Assembly (NCBI GenBank): GCA_963804645.1
Contig: CAWDRG010000019.1
Location: 160,001-224,000, forward strand
DNA from: an uncultured Bacillota bacterium
GTDB lineage: Bacteria; Sysuimicrobiota; Sysuimicrobiia; Sysuimicrobiales; Segetimicrobiaceae
DNA length: 64,000 bases
Direction: 5' to 3'
A model generated the notes under the pieces. That model was not told the origin of the DNA. It worked only from the letters and a program-made list of their open reading frames with translations, and searched no databases. Shown here piece by piece: positions 47,864 to 58,682 of the stretch (its first letter is position 1; the number at the start of each line of letters is the position of its first letter). The position numbers and the translations under genes were made by a program.

Positions 47864-49210
47864 ATGTCCGCAGGGAGTAACGTCGCCGCGCCGCCGCGCG
47901 GACTGGGGGATCTCGCCGCATCGCGCTCGGATTGGGCCGCGCTGGCCGCGGTCGCCGTGATCGTCGGCGTCGTCCCGCTGGTCGTCGACCCGCACTGGTA
48001 CGATCGCTACTACTGGCCGAAGGTCGAGCTCTTCTACGCCGCGACGGCCCTGGGGGCGGTCGCGCTGTTGTGGCGAGGGCGGACCGACTGGCTCGGGCGG
48101 CTGCGGTCGCCCGTGGGCTATGCGCTCCTGGCGTGGCTTGCCGCCCTCACGGTGTCGACGCTCGCCTCGATCGATCCAGCCACCAGCCTCGTCGGCGACG
48201 ACTACCGCTACGAGGGGCTGGTGACGTGGCTGGCCTACGGCGTCGCCGCCGTGGTGACCGGGGCGGCGCTGGTCACGGCCGCCCGGGTGCGCGCGGTTAT
48301 CGGCGTCGGGCTCGGCGGGGCGGTGGTGATGTCGGTGCTGGCCCTTCTCCAATATTGGGGCGCGCGTCCGGTCGCGCTCGACTTCGAGCGTGCGGGGTCG
48401 CTGCGCGTGTTCGGCACCGTGGGCAACCCGATCGCGCTCGGCGCCTACCTCGTGCTGCTGCTCCCGATCGCGGTCAGCCTCTACGCTGCCGAGGAACGGC
48501 CCGAGTGGTGCCAGCTCTGGGGCGCGGTCGTGGTGCTGCTGTACGCCGGGCTGCTCGCGTCGCTCGCGCGGGGCGCCTGGGCGGCTCTCCCCGTCGGGCT
48601 CGCGGCGTGGGCCGCGGCCCTGGGGCCGCGCACCCTTCGGGCCGCCGCGCGGCCGCTCGCGGTGCTCGTGCTGTGCTGCGCCGCCGTGACGCCGGTCGTG
48701 CTGCTCACCGGCCCCGTATCGGGCCAACTGGATCCCGCGGCGGTCGCGAACAGTCTGCACGGCCGGATGTTTCTCTGGGAGACGTCCGGCACGCTCGTCG
48801 GGCAGCGCCCGCTGTTCGGGTGGGGCCCGGAGACCCTGGCTCAGATCTACCCCGCGTACGGGACACCTGCGTTTTACGCGGTGTACCCCTACGCGCGGAT
48901 GATGAACCTGATCGTGGACCGTCCCCACAACGACCTGCTGCAGCAGGCGATCGCCACCGGTCTCGTCGGGCTGGCGGCCTATCTCTGGCTGTGGGGCGCT
49001 CTGCTGCGCACCGGCTGGCGTGTCGCGCGCGCCGGCGCCGCCCCGTGGACGCGCACGCTCGCCGCGGGGCTGCTCGGCGGGCTGGTTGCGTACTTCGTGC
49101 AGCTCCAACTGGCGTTCAGCTACGTCAGCGTCGCCCCCGTGCTATGGGTCCTGATCGGGGTCCTGCTGGTGCTCGATCGCGGGCGCGCCGGTGGCGGTCT
49201 GGCGGGCTGA
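47864..49210 (+). CDS. O-antigen ligase (Wzy_C) family protein, probable pilin oligosaccharyltransferase
   Basis: About 12 TMs, 'GTVGNP..LGAYL', 'RGAW', 'R..LW', 'PLFGWGPE', 'PHNDLLQ'; directly after the pilins. Confidence 0.85.
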   Translation: MSAGSNVAAPPRGLGDLAASRSDWAALAAVAVIVGVVPLVVDPHWYDRYYWPKVELFYAATALGAVALLWRGRTDWLGRLRSPVGYALLAWLAALTVSTLASIDPATSLVGDDYRYEGLVTWLAYGVAAVVTGAALVTAARVRAVIGVGLGGAVVMSVLALLQYWGARPVALDFERAGSLRVFGTVGNPIALGAYLVLLLPIAVSLYAAEERPEWCQLWGAVVVLLYAGLLASLARGAWAALPVGLAAWAAALGPRTLRAAARPLAVLVLCCAAVTPVVLLTGPVSGQLDPAAVANSLHGRMFLWETSGTLVGQRPLFGWGPETLAQIYPAYGTPAFYAVYPYARMMNLIVDRPHNDLLQQAIATGLVGLAAYLWLWGALLRTGWRVARAGAAPWTRTLAAGLLGGLVAYFVQLQLAFSYVSVAPVLWVLIGVLLVLDRGRAGGGLAG

Positions 49211-49353
49211 GGCCGGTGGACCGGCTGTTCGGGACCCCGGGGACGTCTGAAACCCCTCCGCGGGCGGTATAACGGGGGGTACGAAGGCGGAGAGGGCGGC
49301 GCATGGGGCGACACGGCCGACGTGAGGAGGCGTACGTCGCGCGGGGGGCGCCC

Positions 49354-49890
49354 GTGAGCGGTGAACGCGGCTTCACCCTGATCGAGGTGATGATCGCGAT
49401 CATCATCATGACGGTGGGACTCCTCGCCGTCGCCAGTGTGTTTCCGCCGGGGCTCGTGCTCTCGATGTACGGCAAGGACCAGTCGAAGGCGGCGAATCTG
49501 GCGCAGCGTTGGGTCGAGGATCTCAAGAACGGCCCGATCGCGACGATCGCGGCGGACGTGGGGGACTTCGGCACCGTGGCGAGTCAGTACTACGACAGCA
49601 ACGGCAACGGGACCACCGCCGCCGCGGCCGTGTTCACGGTCGATCTGCAGATTGAATATTGGGTGTGGAATGCGGGGACGGGCCAGTACGTGGAGTCCGG
49701 GAGCCCGTGGACCCTGCCGGGATCCGGGCAGTACATGTACCGCGTGTCGGCCGCGACGCACTGGCTCCAGAACGGCCACACCGTGTTCACGTCCGGGCAC
49801 CTTGCCAGCCCGAACGGATGCGTGGTGGGCGGCGCCGAGGTCCCGACCGGGCCGGGGTGCATCATGATCAGCACGTTCGTGGAGCCATGA
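49354..49890 (+). CDS. minor pilin (PilV-like)
   Basis: 'RG|FTLIEVMIAIIIMTVGLLAV'. Confidence 0.85.
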   Translation: MSGERGFTLIEVMIAIIIMTVGLLAVASVFPPGLVLSMYGKDQSKAANLAQRWVEDLKNGPIATIAADVGDFGTVASQYYDSNGNGTTAAAAVFTVDLQIEYWVWNAGTGQYVESGSPWTLPGSGQYMYRVSAATHWLQNGHTVFTSGHLASPNGCVVGGAEVPTGPGCIMISTFVEP

Positions 49891-50601
49891 GGGGGAGACG
49901 GCGCCGACCGGACGTACGCCGCTGGCTGGCGGACGCCCGCGGAATGACCCTCGTGGAGCTCATGACCGTGCTCACGGTATTCTCGATCGTGATGGGCGCC
50001 GTGGCGTCGCTGCTGATCACCAGCCTGGCGGTGTATTCAAAGGGCGGCGTGAACGCGCAGGCGCAGGTCGGCAGTCAGGTCGGGATCGACCGCATCGAGC
50101 GCGATCTGCGCCAGGCGCGCCGCCTCATCACCGGGATCGTCGAGACCGTCGGTGCGTCGAGCTTCACGTTCAACACCGCAGTGTTCCCCGACGCAGATCA
50201 GCGTCGCGCTGCCGCACCTGGCCACGGTCACGCTCTCGGACTCGACGACGATCTACGCGACCGACACCAACGCGTCGAACCAGACGCCGTACGACGGCTG
50301 GTACGTCAGCTACTATCTGTCGTCGGCGCAGACCGCGGCGGCGGGATCGCTCGCGCCGGCCATCAACGCGGCGGGACCGTACCTCATTCGGGTCCAGTAC
50401 GACCTGACGGCGCTCCGGCTGATCTACGACACCGTGGAAGGTACCTCGGCGGCCCTGATGATCTCGGCCACCGGGGGCTGTCCGACGGTCGCCTCGACCG
50501 ATGTCACGGTGACCCTTAAGGGGTCGGCGAAGGCGTCCAACGAGAACGTGGCGACGACGGAGCAGGTCAGCAGCGACGTGACGCTGCGCAATCAGCAGTA
50601 G
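49887..50601 (+). pseudogene. minor pilin (PilW-like) with a +1 frameshift near 50180
   Basis: 'RG|MTLVELMTV', 'IERDLRQA'; C-terminal 'SSDVTLRN' is in the next frame. Confidence 0.8.
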
Positions 50602-50719
50602 GAGGGGGCGGGGACGTGGACCGAGAGCGCGCGGCGCACTGGGGCGTGTGGGGCAGGCCGGCGAGACCGCGGGCCTGTTGGGCCGCCGCGCGTGGCGCGG
50701 CAGACGGGAGAGGGCGCCC

Positions 50720-51902
50720 ATGCGGCTAGGGGCGACGCTCACCCGGGTTCGAGACCGCGTCGTCCGGGGCCGCCGCGCGGCCCGTCCCGCGGCGCAGCTC
50801 CGCGCCGCCGTGCCGGACGCCTCCGACCCTCGCCGGGCCGTCGCGCGCGCGGCCGCGGCCGTCGGCGTCGACATCGGGAGCGCGTGGATCAAGATCGTGG
50901 AGCTGGTCGGCGGCCGCGATGGGTTCAGCGTGCGCGCGCGGCTCACCGTGCCGACCCCGCCGGGCACGGTGCGCGGCGGCCGGATCTCGTTTCCGCCGGT
51001 GGTCGGACGGGTGCTACGCGACGCGCTCAGCCACGCCGGCATCCGGACGCGACGGGCGGTCGCGTCCGTGAGCGGGCACGTCTCGCTCGTCCGAGAGGTG
51101 CGGCTGCCGCGTCTGTCCGGGGATGAGCTCCGGGAGGCGGCCCGCTTCGAGGTGATGCGGTATCTGCCGTATCCGATCACGGAAGCGACCTACGACGCGT
51201 TCGTGCTCGGAGAGGTGCCGGACACCGGCGCGGCGCGGATGGAGGTGCTGCTCGCGGCGGCGCGCACAGACCTGCTGGCCCAGCACGTCGACACCCTGCG
51301 CGCGGCCGGTCTCGAGCCCGCCGTGATCGATGTCGAGCCGTTCGCGCTGCTGCGGGCGATGGTGCCGGCCGGCACCCCGGCGGGCCGCCCCGGCCTGTAC
51401 CTCCACCTGGGCGCCACACACACCGGCATCCTCATCGTCGACGGGACCACCCCGCGGGTCGCGCGCAGCGTGGTCGGCGGCGGAAACGTGATCACGCAGC
51501 GCATCGCCGCGCAGCGCGGGCTGTCCCTCGAGGAGGCGGAGACCTACAAGATTCGCCTGTCCGGCCAGCGACGTGCCGGAGGGCGAAGCCCGAACGATCG
51601 AGGGGCTGCTCCGGGACGCGGTCGCGGATCTCACCCTCGAGGTCCGCCGGTCCATCGACTACTTTCAGGGACAGTACCGGGGGGTGATGCCGGACCGCGC
51701 CGTGCTCACGGGCGGCGGCGCGATGCTGCCCGGACTGCCGCGGCTGCTCGGCACCGAACTGGACATGCCGGCCCAGATCGGCGATCCGTTCGGACAGCTC
51801 GCGGGGTCGGCCCAGCCTGGGGACGCCGGCCCCGCGCCAGACCACGGCGCCCCGCTCGCGGTGGCGCTGGGGCTCGCTCTGAGAGGGGTTGAGGAGCCAT
51901 GA
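50720..51902 (+). pseudogene. pilM: type IV pilus assembly protein PilM with a +1 frameshift near 51567
   Basis: 'GVDIGS..IKIV', 'YLPYP', 'IDVEPFAL', 'EEAETYK'; 'EVRRSIDYF', 'LTGGGA', 'AVALGLALR' in the next frame. Confidence 0.88.
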
Positions 51903-52481
51903 TTCGGATCAACCTGCTGCCGGCGCGGCCGCGCCGGAGTCTCATTCCCGAACCCGCGGTGTTCGGTGCGCTGGCGGCCGTCTTCGTCGCGCTCGCGCTC
52001 ACGTATCTGTACGGCGTGTGGCGCACGAACGAGCTCAATGGCGAGATTCAATACGATCACCGCGGAGACCGCCGCGCTCCACCCGCGGGTGGAAGACGTG
52101 CTGCAGCTGGAAGCGAACATCGAGGATCTGCAGGCCCGGGAGTCGCTGCTGCAGGGCCTCGAGGATCACGCGACGCCGTGGGCCGACCTCTTGACCGACC
52201 TCGCCCAGCGCACGCCCGCCGATGTCTGGCTGGCGAACGTCTCGTCCGTCGGCTCCAACAGCACGTTCACGGTGCAGGGCACCGCGCACTCCTACAATTC
52301 GGTGGCCGCGTTCATGCGGCAGCTGAAGGTCTCGCCGTTCTACGGCCGCGTGACGCTCGGGACCGCGCAGGACATCAACGACCAGTCGGAGCAGACGGAG
52401 GCCGTGCAGTTCGGACTCTCCCTGTCGATGCGGCCGCAGTCGGACGTCGCGAAACAGGAGCTGGAGGGAGTCGCGCCGTGA
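51899..52481 (+). pseudogene. pilN: PilN-domain protein with a +1 frameshift near 52050
   Basis: 'IRINLLP' plus TM; 'W..LL..L....P.DVWL', 'VAAFM..L..SPFY' in the next frame. Confidence 0.85.
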
Positions 52482-53101
52482 ATTCCCGCGAGCGCTTGAT
52501 GTTGATCATCGGGATCCTGCTCCTGGGCGGGGTCTGTCTGAAGTTCTTCGTGTACGATCCCCAGCAGGTCGCGTACGCCGACCTCGAGCAGACACGCGAC
52601 TCCGCGACCACGGATCTGCTGCGGCACCAGAAGATCATGCTGCGGTCCGGCCAGGTACGCGCGCAGTATCGCGCGCTCGCCGGACAGCTCGCCACGGTCG
52701 AGGCCAAGCTGCCGAAGGACGATGAGATTCCCGCCCTCTTGACGGAGATGGAGCAGTTCACGACGACGCGCGGGCTCCGGATCATCAGCATCAGCCCCGG
52801 TGAGCGTCAGGACCCCAAGGCCGATGATGCCAAGGCCGCTGCCGGGTCCAAAGCCGCGCAGACGGCGTCGACGACGAAAGCGGCCCCGTACGCGAAAATG
52901 CCCTTGAAGATCACCGTGCGGGGCACGTTTCCTGAGGTCGTACACTATTTCCACGACCTGGGGAACTTCCCGCGACTGATCGTGGTGGACAGCATCGCGG
53001 TCGCCCCGGAGAAGCTGCCGCAGTTGATCGTCAGCATGGACGCGGAGATCTATATTCTCGACGCGCCGACCGCGGCGCCGCCGACGAAGGCGAAGCCATA
53101 G
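52478..53101 (+). CDS. pilO: type IV pilus assembly protein PilO
   Basis: 'SRER' plus TM and coiled coil, 'LPKDDEIPALL', 'YAKMP....RGTF....YF..L..FPRLI'. Confidence 0.85.
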   Translation: MNSRERLMLIIGILLLGGVCLKFFVYDPQQVAYADLEQTRDSATTDLLRHQKIMLRSGQVRAQYRALAGQLATVEAKLPKDDEIPALLTEMEQFTTTRGLRIISISPGERQDPKADDAKAAAGSKAAQTASTTKAAPYAKMPLKITVRGTFPEVVHYFHDLGNFPRLIVVDSIAVAPEKLPQLIVSMDAEIYILDAPTAAPPTKAKP

Positions 53102-53448
53102 CGTCATCCCGGCCGCGGCGCGCGAGTCTGGCCGAACACGCGCCGGGGCATACATCAGTGAGATATGGTCACATCCCATCGTTCGGTTCCGCGTCGTGAC
53201 CGTCCGGGTGAGCCCGCTGTTCCCGGCGTCGCTCGCGCGCGCGTGTGGCGGGTGCTGGTGCGAGGCATCGGGTATGCGTCCGTCGGCTGGCTCCTCGCGG
53301 CGCTGACACCGCCGGCCGACTCGGCGCCCATCGAGGGGCCGGGTCGCGTCACGGCGGAGTGCGTCCGCGCGGACGCTGGCTCCGCGTGTCCCGCACCGGC
53401 GGAGGCGCTGGCGGTCGCCGCCGCGGGCGGTCGGTCGGAGGTCGGGAG

Positions 53449-54048
53449 ATGAACGTCGTGCGCCGCGCGGCGCGGTCGCCGCTTGGATTGACGCTGGTGC
53501 TGGTTGCGGGTCTGGCGCTGGCCCTGGTGGCGGTGCACAGCGTGTTCCTCACCGAGGCGAACGAGGTCGCCCCGCAGCAGTCGGCGGTGCCCCGGGGTCA
53601 AGTCAGCCCGGATGCCGATGCCTTGGCACCGGCGGCCGAGGCGGTCGGCTACAACGGGCAGCTCCCCGTGGGCCTCAACGAGTTTCGCGGGCACGCGGTG
53701 GTGTTGAACTTCTGGGCGTCGTGGTGTCCTCCGTGCCGCGCGGAGGTTGGCGTGTTGGAGCAGGCCTACCTGCGGTACCGCGGGCGCGGCCTCGTCGTGA
53801 TTGGCATCGACGCGGAGAGCGACAGCTGGCAGACCAGCGCGCTGTTTTTGCGGCAGCACGGCGTGACGTATCCGGCGGGCCGCGACGTGCGGGGCACGAT
53901 CGCCCGCGACTACCGGATCGGTAACCTTCCCACCACTTACTTCATCGGCGCGGACGGCCGCATCGTCGGGCCTCCCGTGATGGGGGGCTTCACCGGATCG
54001 GACGGAGAGCAGGACCTTGAGCGCGAGATCCGCACGCTGCTGCAGTAG
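53449..54048 (+). CDS. TlpA/ResA-family thiol:disulfide oxidoreductase
   Basis: N-terminal TM, 'LNFWASWCPPCRAE', 'LPTTYFI'. Confidence 0.92.
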   Translation: MNVVRRAARSPLGLTLVLVAGLALALVAVHSVFLTEANEVAPQQSAVPRGQVSPDADALAPAAEAVGYNGQLPVGLNEFRGHAVVLNFWASWCPPCRAEVGVLEQAYLRYRGRGLVVIGIDAESDSWQTSALFLRQHGVTYPAGRDVRGTIARDYRIGNLPTTYFIGADGRIVGPPVMGGFTGSDGEQDLEREIRTLLQ

Positions 54049-54112
54049 CGTCCGACGGCCCCCGGGCGGGGAGCCGCGTGCGGGGCGCATCGCGCGCGCG
54101 GACGTGGTCCGC

Positions 54113-55966
54113 ATGGTGCTGAACGCGCGCCGCCCGGACGCAGCGCCGGGCCCGTACGACCGGGAGGTCCCGCCGCCGGGCCCCCCCGACGCGGTGGAGC
54201 CGACCGCGGCGTTCCCCACCGACGACGGGGCATCCGGCGGGAGCCACCGGGCCGCCCGCCCAATCGGTGATCTCCTCGTGTCCGAGGGCCTCGTCACGCG
54301 CGAGCAGGTCGCGCGCGCGATGGAGATTCAGCACCAGAGCGGCGGGCTGCTGGGACGGATCCTCGTCGAAATGGGTGCGCTCAGCGACGCGCAACTCGCC
54401 CGCAGCCTGGCGCAGCAGTGGGGACTGCCGTACACCGATCTTCCCGAGAGCGAGATCGCTTCCGACGTCGCCCAGCTCATCCCGACCTACCTCGCCCAGC
54501 GCCACGGCGTCATCGCGATTTCTCGCAACGGCGACCGGCTGGTGGTCGCGATGTCCGACCCGTCCAACGTCGCGGCGATCGACGACGTCCGTCTCTTGAC
54601 CGGACTCGAGGTCGACATCGTCATCGCGAGCAACGACGACCTGACGCGCGCCCAGGCGCGCCTTTACGGGATCGCGGCCGACGTCGAGGAGGTGCTCAAG
54701 CAGAGCGGCCAGGCTGCCGAGCCCGACCTGATCCCCGAGATCGGGCCGCTTGAGAACGTCAGCCTCGACCGCCTGCGGACGCTTGGCGAGCAGGCGCCGA
54801 TCGTCCGGATCGTCGATCAGATCTTCCTGCAGGCCGTCCGCGCGGGCGCGAGCGACATCCACATCGAGCCGCAGCACAAGGACATGGTCGTGCGGTTCCG
54901 GATCGACGGGCTCCTCGCTGACATCATGACGCCGCCCAAAGCCTTGCAGCAGGCCCTGACGTCGCGCATCAAGATTCTCGCCAACATGGATATCGCGGAG
55001 CGGCGTCTCCCGCAGGACGGGCACATCCACCTCCGGATCGAGGGCCGCGAGCACGACCTGCGCGTCAGCACGCTCCCGACCGTGCTCGGGGAGAAGTGCG
55101 TGGTGCGAATTCTCGATCAATCGTCGACGCGGGTCTCGCTCACCAGGATCGGCCTCCCCGACGACGTGTTGGCCAAGTGGGAGAGCCTCGTCAGCAAGCC
55201 GTACGGCATGATCATCGTCACGGGCCCGACGGGCAGCGGGAAGACGACGACCCTCTACACCTCGCTGTCACGGATCAATACGCCTGAACGCAACGTCGTC
55301 AGCGTGGAAGACCCGGTCGAGTACCAAATCCCGCGGGTCAACCAGGTGCAGGTGAATGTCCGGGCCGGGCTGACGTTTGCGAGCGGGCTGCGCAGCATTC
55401 TCCGCCAGGACCCCGACGTGGTGTTGATCGGTGAGGTCCGGGACCGCGAAACGGCGGAGATCGCGATCCAGGCCTCGATGACCGGCCACCTCGTGCTGAC
55501 GACCCTGCACACGAACGACTCCGCCGGCGCGGTCACACGATTGACCGACATGGGGATCGAACGGTTCCTCATCACGTCGTCGTTGATCGGCGTGCTCGCC
55601 CAGCGGCTCGTGCGCGTGATCTGCCCGCACTGCAAGGAAGCGTACACGCCTCCGGCCGCCGCCCTGCGGCGCCTGGACCTGGACCCCGAGCAGGAGCGGA
55701 CCATCAAGCTCTACCGGGGCCGGGGTTGCGACTTTTGCCGCGGCACCGGGTACCGGGGCCGGACCGGCGCGTTCGAACTAATCACGATGAGCGACCATCT
55801 GCGCAGCCTGATCCTGTCCGGGGCCTCGACCGACGAGATCCGCTCGGCGGCGCAGGTCGAAGGGATGCGGACGCTGCGCCAGGACGGCATCGAGAAAGTG
55901 CTCTCCGGGGTGACCACGATCGAAGAGCTGCTGCGCGTGGTGTTCGTGCACGATGAGACGACGTAG
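54113..55966 (+). CDS. pilB: type IV pilus extension ATPase with an N-terminal MshEN-like domain
   Basis: 'ASDIHIEP', 'RLPQDG', 'GPTGSGKTT', 'LRQDPD', 'TGHLV.TTLHTN', CxxC..CxxC; start uncertain. Confidence 0.93.
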   Translation: MVLNARRPDAAPGPYDREVPPPGPPDAVEPTAAFPTDDGASGGSHRAARPIGDLLVSEGLVTREQVARAMEIQHQSGGLLGRILVEMGALSDAQLARSLAQQWGLPYTDLPESEIASDVAQLIPTYLAQRHGVIAISRNGDRLVVAMSDPSNVAAIDDVRLLTGLEVDIVIASNDDLTRAQARLYGIAADVEEVLKQSGQAAEPDLIPEIGPLENVSLDRLRTLGEQAPIVRIVDQIFLQAVRAGASDIHIEPQHKDMVVRFRIDGLLADIMTPPKALQQALTSRIKILANMDIAERRLPQDGHIHLRIEGREHDLRVSTLPTVLGEKCVVRILDQSSTRVSLTRIGLPDDVLAKWESLVSKPYGMIIVTGPTGSGKTTTLYTSLSRINTPERNVVSVEDPVEYQIPRVNQVQVNVRAGLTFASGLRSILRQDPDVVLIGEVRDRETAEIAIQASMTGHLVLTTLHTNDSAGAVTRLTDMGIERFLITSSLIGVLAQRLVRVICPHCKEAYTPPAAALRRLDLDPEQERTIKLYRGRGCDFCRGTGYRGRTGAFELITMSDHLRSLILSGASTDEIRSAAQVEGMRTLRQDGIEKVLSGVTTIEELLRVVFVHDETT

Positions 55967-56046
55967 CCGGGTCGACAGGCGCTGGCCGGTCCGGAGTCTG
56001 ACCGACGCTCCGGTCGGCCGCCCGGCACGCCGCGGGAGGCACTGAC

Positions 56047-57258
56047 ATGGCCACGTTTGTGTACGTCGGGCGCGATGCCGAGGGGCAGGCGATTCGCGGA
56101 GCGATCGACGGCGACACCGAGATCGCCGTCATTACCCGCCTGCAGGGCATGGGGTACGCCGTCACCGGGTTGCGGCGGCGAGCCGCGCGCCCCACGGTCG
56201 AAGATTTGCTGGCCCGGTTTCGCGGCGTCCGGCTCAAGGAACTGTCCGTGCTCACGCGTCAGCTCGCCACGATGATCAATGCGGGGTTGACGGTCGTGCA
56301 GGGTCTCGTGATCCTCGAAGCGCAGAGCATGAACCGAAAATTGGTGGAAGTCATTGCGGCCGTTCGCCGGGACGTCGAGGCCGGCACGCCGCTCTCGGAG
56401 GCGCTGAAGAATCACCCGCGCGTGTTCAGCGACCTGTTTGTGAACATGGTCAAGGCGGGGGAGACCGGCGGCGTCCTCGACGACATTCTCGCCCGGCTTG
56501 CCGCGCTGCTCGAGAAAGAGTTGGCGCTACGCCAGAAGATCAAGGCGGCGATGATCTACCCCGCGGTGATTGGAGTCTCGGCGGTCGGCATCGTGACGTT
56601 TATCGTGTTTTTCATCTTGCCCCAGTTTGTCGCGTTTTTTGCGCAGCTCAACGTCCCGCTGCCGCTGCCGACGCTGTTTCTGATCGCGGTGACGAGGATC
56701 ACGAGCCATTTCTGGTGGCTGCTTCTGTTGCTGGCCGGGCTCGGCACGTGGGGAGCCCGGTATCATATCTCGACGTCGATCGGCCGCGCGCAATTCGACT
56801 ACCTCAAGCTGCGAATGCCGTTGCTCGGCCCGGTCAACCGCAACGTGGTGATGTCGCGGTTTGCCCGCACGCTCAGCGCGCTGATGCACAGCGGCGTGCC
56901 GATTTTGGTGGCGCTGGATGTCGTCTCGCGTGCGGTCAGCAACTCCGTGATCACGCAGGCGCTGCACGCGCTCCGCGAGAGCATTCGCGAAGGCGAGAGC
57001 ATGGCCGCACCCCTGCAGGCCAGCGGGGTCTTCCCGCCCATGGTCGTGCAGATGGTCTCGGTCGGCGAGCGCACCGGGGAGCTGGATGCGATGCTGGCGA
57101 AGATCGCCGATTTTTACGACACCGAGGTCGAGTTTGCGGTCGCCGGATTGACCTCGATCCTCGAACCACTGCTGATCATTGTGATGGGCAGCGTCGTTGG
57201 GTTTATCGTGATTGCCTTCTACCTCCCATTGTTCAACATGATCGGGGCGATCAAATAG
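56047..57258 (+). CDS. pilC: type IV pilus platform protein (T2SS F family)
   Basis: 'TRQLATMINAG', 'AGETGG.LD', 'AMIYP', 'GE.TG.LD.ML', 'LEP'. Confidence 0.95.
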   Translation: MATFVYVGRDAEGQAIRGAIDGDTEIAVITRLQGMGYAVTGLRRRAARPTVEDLLARFRGVRLKELSVLTRQLATMINAGLTVVQGLVILEAQSMNRKLVEVIAAVRRDVEAGTPLSEALKNHPRVFSDLFVNMVKAGETGGVLDDILARLAALLEKELALRQKIKAAMIYPAVIGVSAVGIVTFIVFFILPQFVAFFAQLNVPLPLPTLFLIAVTRITSHFWWLLLLLAGLGTWGARYHISTSIGRAQFDYLKLRMPLLGPVNRNVVMSRFARTLSALMHSGVPILVALDVVSRAVSNSVITQALHALRESIREGESMAAPLQASGVFPPMVVQMVSVGERTGELDAMLAKIADFYDTEVEFAVAGLTSILEPLLIIVMGSVVGFIVIAFYLPLFNMIGAIK

Positions 57259-57305
57259 CGCGGCTGTAGGATCCCATTATAGTTGGCAGCATCGCGGAAT
57301 AACTG

Positions 57306-58682
57306 GAGGTACCCTCAAAGGGTGTGTAAATGCTGAAGGCGGTGTATCCTCCTGAGAGAGAGACCAACAACCAGGCCTTGTCAGAGGCCCAGGGAGGAAA
57401 CACACCGCCATGGACAAGCAGAACACGGATCACGACACGTCGTCAAGTCCCAGCTGGGACAAGTTGGAGGCCTGGGCTCGGATGCAGATCCAGACGTGGT
57501 TCCAGGATCTCCTCGAGGCGGAAGTCACGGAGCTGCTCGGGCGCCGCAAGGCGCAACGCCGACCGGCCGTGGACGCGCCGGCGGGCTATCGCAACGGCTA
57601 TGGCAAGCCGCGGCGGCTGACGCTGAGCGCCGGGACGATTACGGTGCGACGTCCGCGCACCCGCGGGCTGGAGGACCGGTTCGAGAGTCGGCTCTTGCCG
57701 TTGTTCGTCCGCCGGACGCGCGAAGTGAACGCCCTGCTGCCGGAGTTGTATCTGCATGGCCTGGCCCAGGGGGATTTGGCGCTGGCGCTGCGCGGGCTCC
57801 TGGGCGAGGCCGCGCCGCTGTCCGCGAGCACGGTGGCCCGGCTCACAGAGAAGTGGCAGGGGGAGTACGAGGCGTGGAACCAGCGCCGGGTGGACGAGCT
57901 GGAAGTGGTCTACCTCTGGGTCGATGGGGTCTATGTCAAGGCCGGTCTGGAGAAGGACAAGGCCGCGCTCCTGGTCGCGCTGGCGGGCTTGAGTGATGGC
58001 CGCAAGGTGCTCCTCGCCGTCGCGAGCGGGCCCCGGGAATCCACGGAGGCCTGGGGCACGTTCCTGCGGGCGCTGCGCGCGCGGGGGCTCTGCGCGCCGA
58101 AGCTGGTGATCGGGGATGGCCATCTGGGGATCTGGGGCGCGCTGCGCGACGTGTATCCGGAGGCGGCGGAGCAGCGGTGTTGGAATCACCGCATCGTCAA
58201 CGTGCTGGACACGCTCCCCAAGCGCGCGCAACCGCAGGCCAAGCCCCTCCTGACCGCGATCGCGTACGCGGAGACGCGGGAGGAGGCCGAGCGGCGGAAG
58301 GCCGCCTTCCAGCGCTGGGCCACCGGCCGGGGGCACGAGGACGCCGTGCGCGTACTGGATCGCGACTGGGACCGGTTCGTCACCTTCTACCAGTTCCCCC
58401 GGGAGCACTGGTCACATCTGCGGACGTCGAACCCGGTGGAGTCACCCTTTGCGGCCTTGCGGTTGCGCACGGATGCCGCGAAACGCTTCAAGAAGGTTGC
58501 CAACGCGCGCGCGATCATCTGGAAGCTGTTGCTGGTCGCGGAGCGCCGCTTCCGACGGCTCACCGCCCCGGAGCGTGCCACTGAGGTCTACCTAGGCGTG
58601 AAGTTCGTGAATGGCGTGAAAGTCACGACCAACGGTCAGGAGGTCGCCGCCTGAAGATTTACACACCTATTGACGGAACCTC
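57306..58682 (+). mobile_element. IS256-family element 1
   Basis: 26-bp imperfect IRs GAGGTACCCTCAAAGGGTGTGTAAAT / GAGGTTCCGTCAATAGGTGTGTAAAT (rc); 8-bp TSD AATAACTG at 57298-57305 and 58683-58690. Confidence 0.96.
57410..58654 (+). CDS. IS256-family transposase
   Basis: 'GYRNGY', 'LWVDG', 'IGDG', 'QRCWNH', 'RTSNPVES'. Confidence 0.96.
   Translation: MDKQNTDHDTSSSPSWDKLEAWARMQIQTWFQDLLEAEVTELLGRRKAQRRPAVDAPAGYRNGYGKPRRLTLSAGTITVRRPRTRGLEDRFESRLLPLFVRRTREVNALLPELYLHGLAQGDLALALRGLLGEAAPLSASTVARLTEKWQGEYEAWNQRRVDELEVVYLWVDGVYVKAGLEKDKAALLVALAGLSDGRKVLLAVASGPRESTEAWGTFLRALRARGLCAPKLVIGDGHLGIWGALRDVYPEAAEQRCWNHRIVNVLDTLPKRAQPQAKPLLTAIAYAETREEAERRKAAFQRWATGRGHEDAVRVLDRDWDRFVTFYQFPREHWSHLRTSNPVESPFAALRLRTDAAKRFKKVANARAIIWKLLLVAERRFRRLTAPERATEVYLGVKFVNGVKVTTNGQEVAA

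Noticed and set aside
51899..53101. Natural PilN-PilO fusion
   Set aside because: The middle is out-of-frame PilN; the true PilN C-terminus is in the adjacent frame and PilO has its own GTG and SD.
53165..53452. 95-aa ORF between pilO and tlpA (possible PilP)
   Set aside because: No recognisable motif or lipobox and weak coding signal. The ATGA overlap with tlpA leaves it possible but unsupported.
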